From Spirochaetota bacterium (lineage in GTDB: Bacteria; Spirochaetota; UBA12135; COTS27; CBDBHE01), in NCBI GenBank assembly GCA_965205605.1, contig CBDBHE010000007.1, positions 480,001-544,000 on the forward strand: DNA of 64,000 nt, read 5' to 3'. The notes below the pieces were generated by a model that saw nothing but the letters and a program-made list of their open reading frames with translations, ran no database searches and had not been told where the DNA came from. Below are positions 63,045 through 64,000 of this stretch, piece after piece. The stretch's first letter is position 1. Each line of letters opens with the position of its first letter. The translations under genes were made by a program, and so were the position numbers.

Positions 63045-63926
63045 ATGAATCGTCAGCTTAGAAAGCTTTTTTTAACGCTTCCCATTGATCGTCTTCTTAG
63101 TATTAATAGTCCTTATCATGGTAGTCATGATAATCGTGAAAGTGGGTTTCAATCCGACTTTAGTGAATATAAACATTATCAAAAAGGCGACAGTGTTAAA
63201 AATATTGATTGGAAAGTTTATGCTAAAACACAAAAAACTTATGTCAAGCATTTTCATTCTAAAAAAGCTAAAGAAGTGACTTTATTAGTGGATGCTTCGA
63301 CTTCGATGGGAGTGGATTTTTTGGAGAAAGGGACTTTGAAGAAAAAAGTGCTTTTAGAAGTTTTAACTTATTTTTTAGATTACTTACAGTTGCACGGAGA
63401 ACGTTTTGATCTTTTTTTTTTACAAGATCAACAAAATTTTTTTTTTAAAAAAGCCACCAGTTCCACTCATTTAAATCAAATAAAGGGGCTTAAAAGTAAA
63501 CAAGTTTTAGAAGATTTTTCTCCTAAAGGAAAAGTGAATCTTAAAAAAACACTTTTGTTATTGTTAAAAACAATCAAGCACCATTCTAATGTTTTTTTAT
63601 TTTCTGATTTTTATTTAGAATTAACGGATCTCAATGCTATTAGTGCGATGTTTGTCAAAAAAAAAATAGATCTTCATTTGGTCCATTTAATCGATAGTAA
63701 TGAATTTAAAAAAAAACCTCCTCACGGGGCTTATTTTCTTGAAGATAGTGAAACAAATGAAAAACTTATTTTTGATTGGAACAAACAATGGAAAGAATAT
63801 CGGGCTTTTTTTATGAAGCATTTACAAGCTTTAGAAAAAATGGCTTTAATCAAAAAGATGCCATATCATAAAATTGAAACAAATCAAAATCCTTTAAATA
63901 GCTTTATGGCTCTTTTTTATTCATGA
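63045..63926 (+). CDS. DUF58 domain protein (MoxR/vWA-associated)
   Basis: DFSEYKHYQKGDSVKNIDWKVYAK, LLVDASTSM and LFSDF motifs; likely ATG at 63045. Confidence 0.9.
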   Translation: MNRQLRKLFLTLPIDRLLSINSPYHGSHDNRESGFQSDFSEYKHYQKGDSVKNIDWKVYAKTQKTYVKHFHSKKAKEVTLLVDASTSMGVDFLEKGTLKKKVLLEVLTYFLDYLQLHGERFDLFFLQDQQNFFFKKATSSTHLNQIKGLKSKQVLEDFSPKGKVNLKKTLLLLLKTIKHHSNVFLFSDFYLELTDLNAISAMFVKKKIDLHLVHLIDSNEFKKKPPHGAYFLEDSETNEKLIFDWNKQWKEYRAFFMKHLQALEKMALIKKMPYHKIETNQNPLNSFMALFYS

Positions 63927-64000
63927 TTTTTTTAAATCCTTTTGTTTGGTTTTTAAGCCCTATTATTTTTTTACCTTTTGTTTGGCACTTGGATATTTTT
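63923..64000 (+). CDS. BatA-type N-terminal domain protein (partial)
   Basis: MIFLNPFVWFLSPIIFLPFVWHL pattern; ATGA overlap with the DUF58 stop. Confidence 0.6.
   Translation, partial: MIFLNPFVWFLSPIIFLPFVWHLDIF

Overview
AT-rich, homopolymer-rich chromosomal segment of a divergent spirochaete-like bacterium (code 11). The assignment rests on 16S signatures and on the gene orders rsmI-flgM, rnhB-HD-GYP-yraN and a tandem Crp pair. Most of the window is housekeeping: prfA-prmC, sppA, lptF-like, fused gcvP, panB, bioF-H-C-D, psd, metG, thiD, cimA, uvrC, smpB, rho, rnhB, carD-PIN/TRAM-ispD, TRAP dctPQM and DUF58-BatA. The most unusual structure is a fragmented rRNA locus. 16S, 23S and 5S keep their order and strand, but each has its own sigma70-like promoter. 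A transglutaminase-like gene fills the 16S-23S spacer, an adenylate/guanylate cyclase gene fills the 23S-5S spacer, there are no spacer tRNAs, and the 5S appears leaderless and self-terminating. Elements the ORF track does not show include a decayed TPP riboswitch with thiM and thiE remnants around an inverted oxidoreductase gene, a 7 x 11-bp array abutting a Crp-family start codon, a flagellin-leader-like sigma28/CsrA element ahead of a degenerate HD-GYP gene, and a small FlgM-like ORF. Unusual proteins include a tandem MinD/FlhG-type ATPase and a DctM-FN3 fusion. All calls come from motif recognition by eye; no searches were run.
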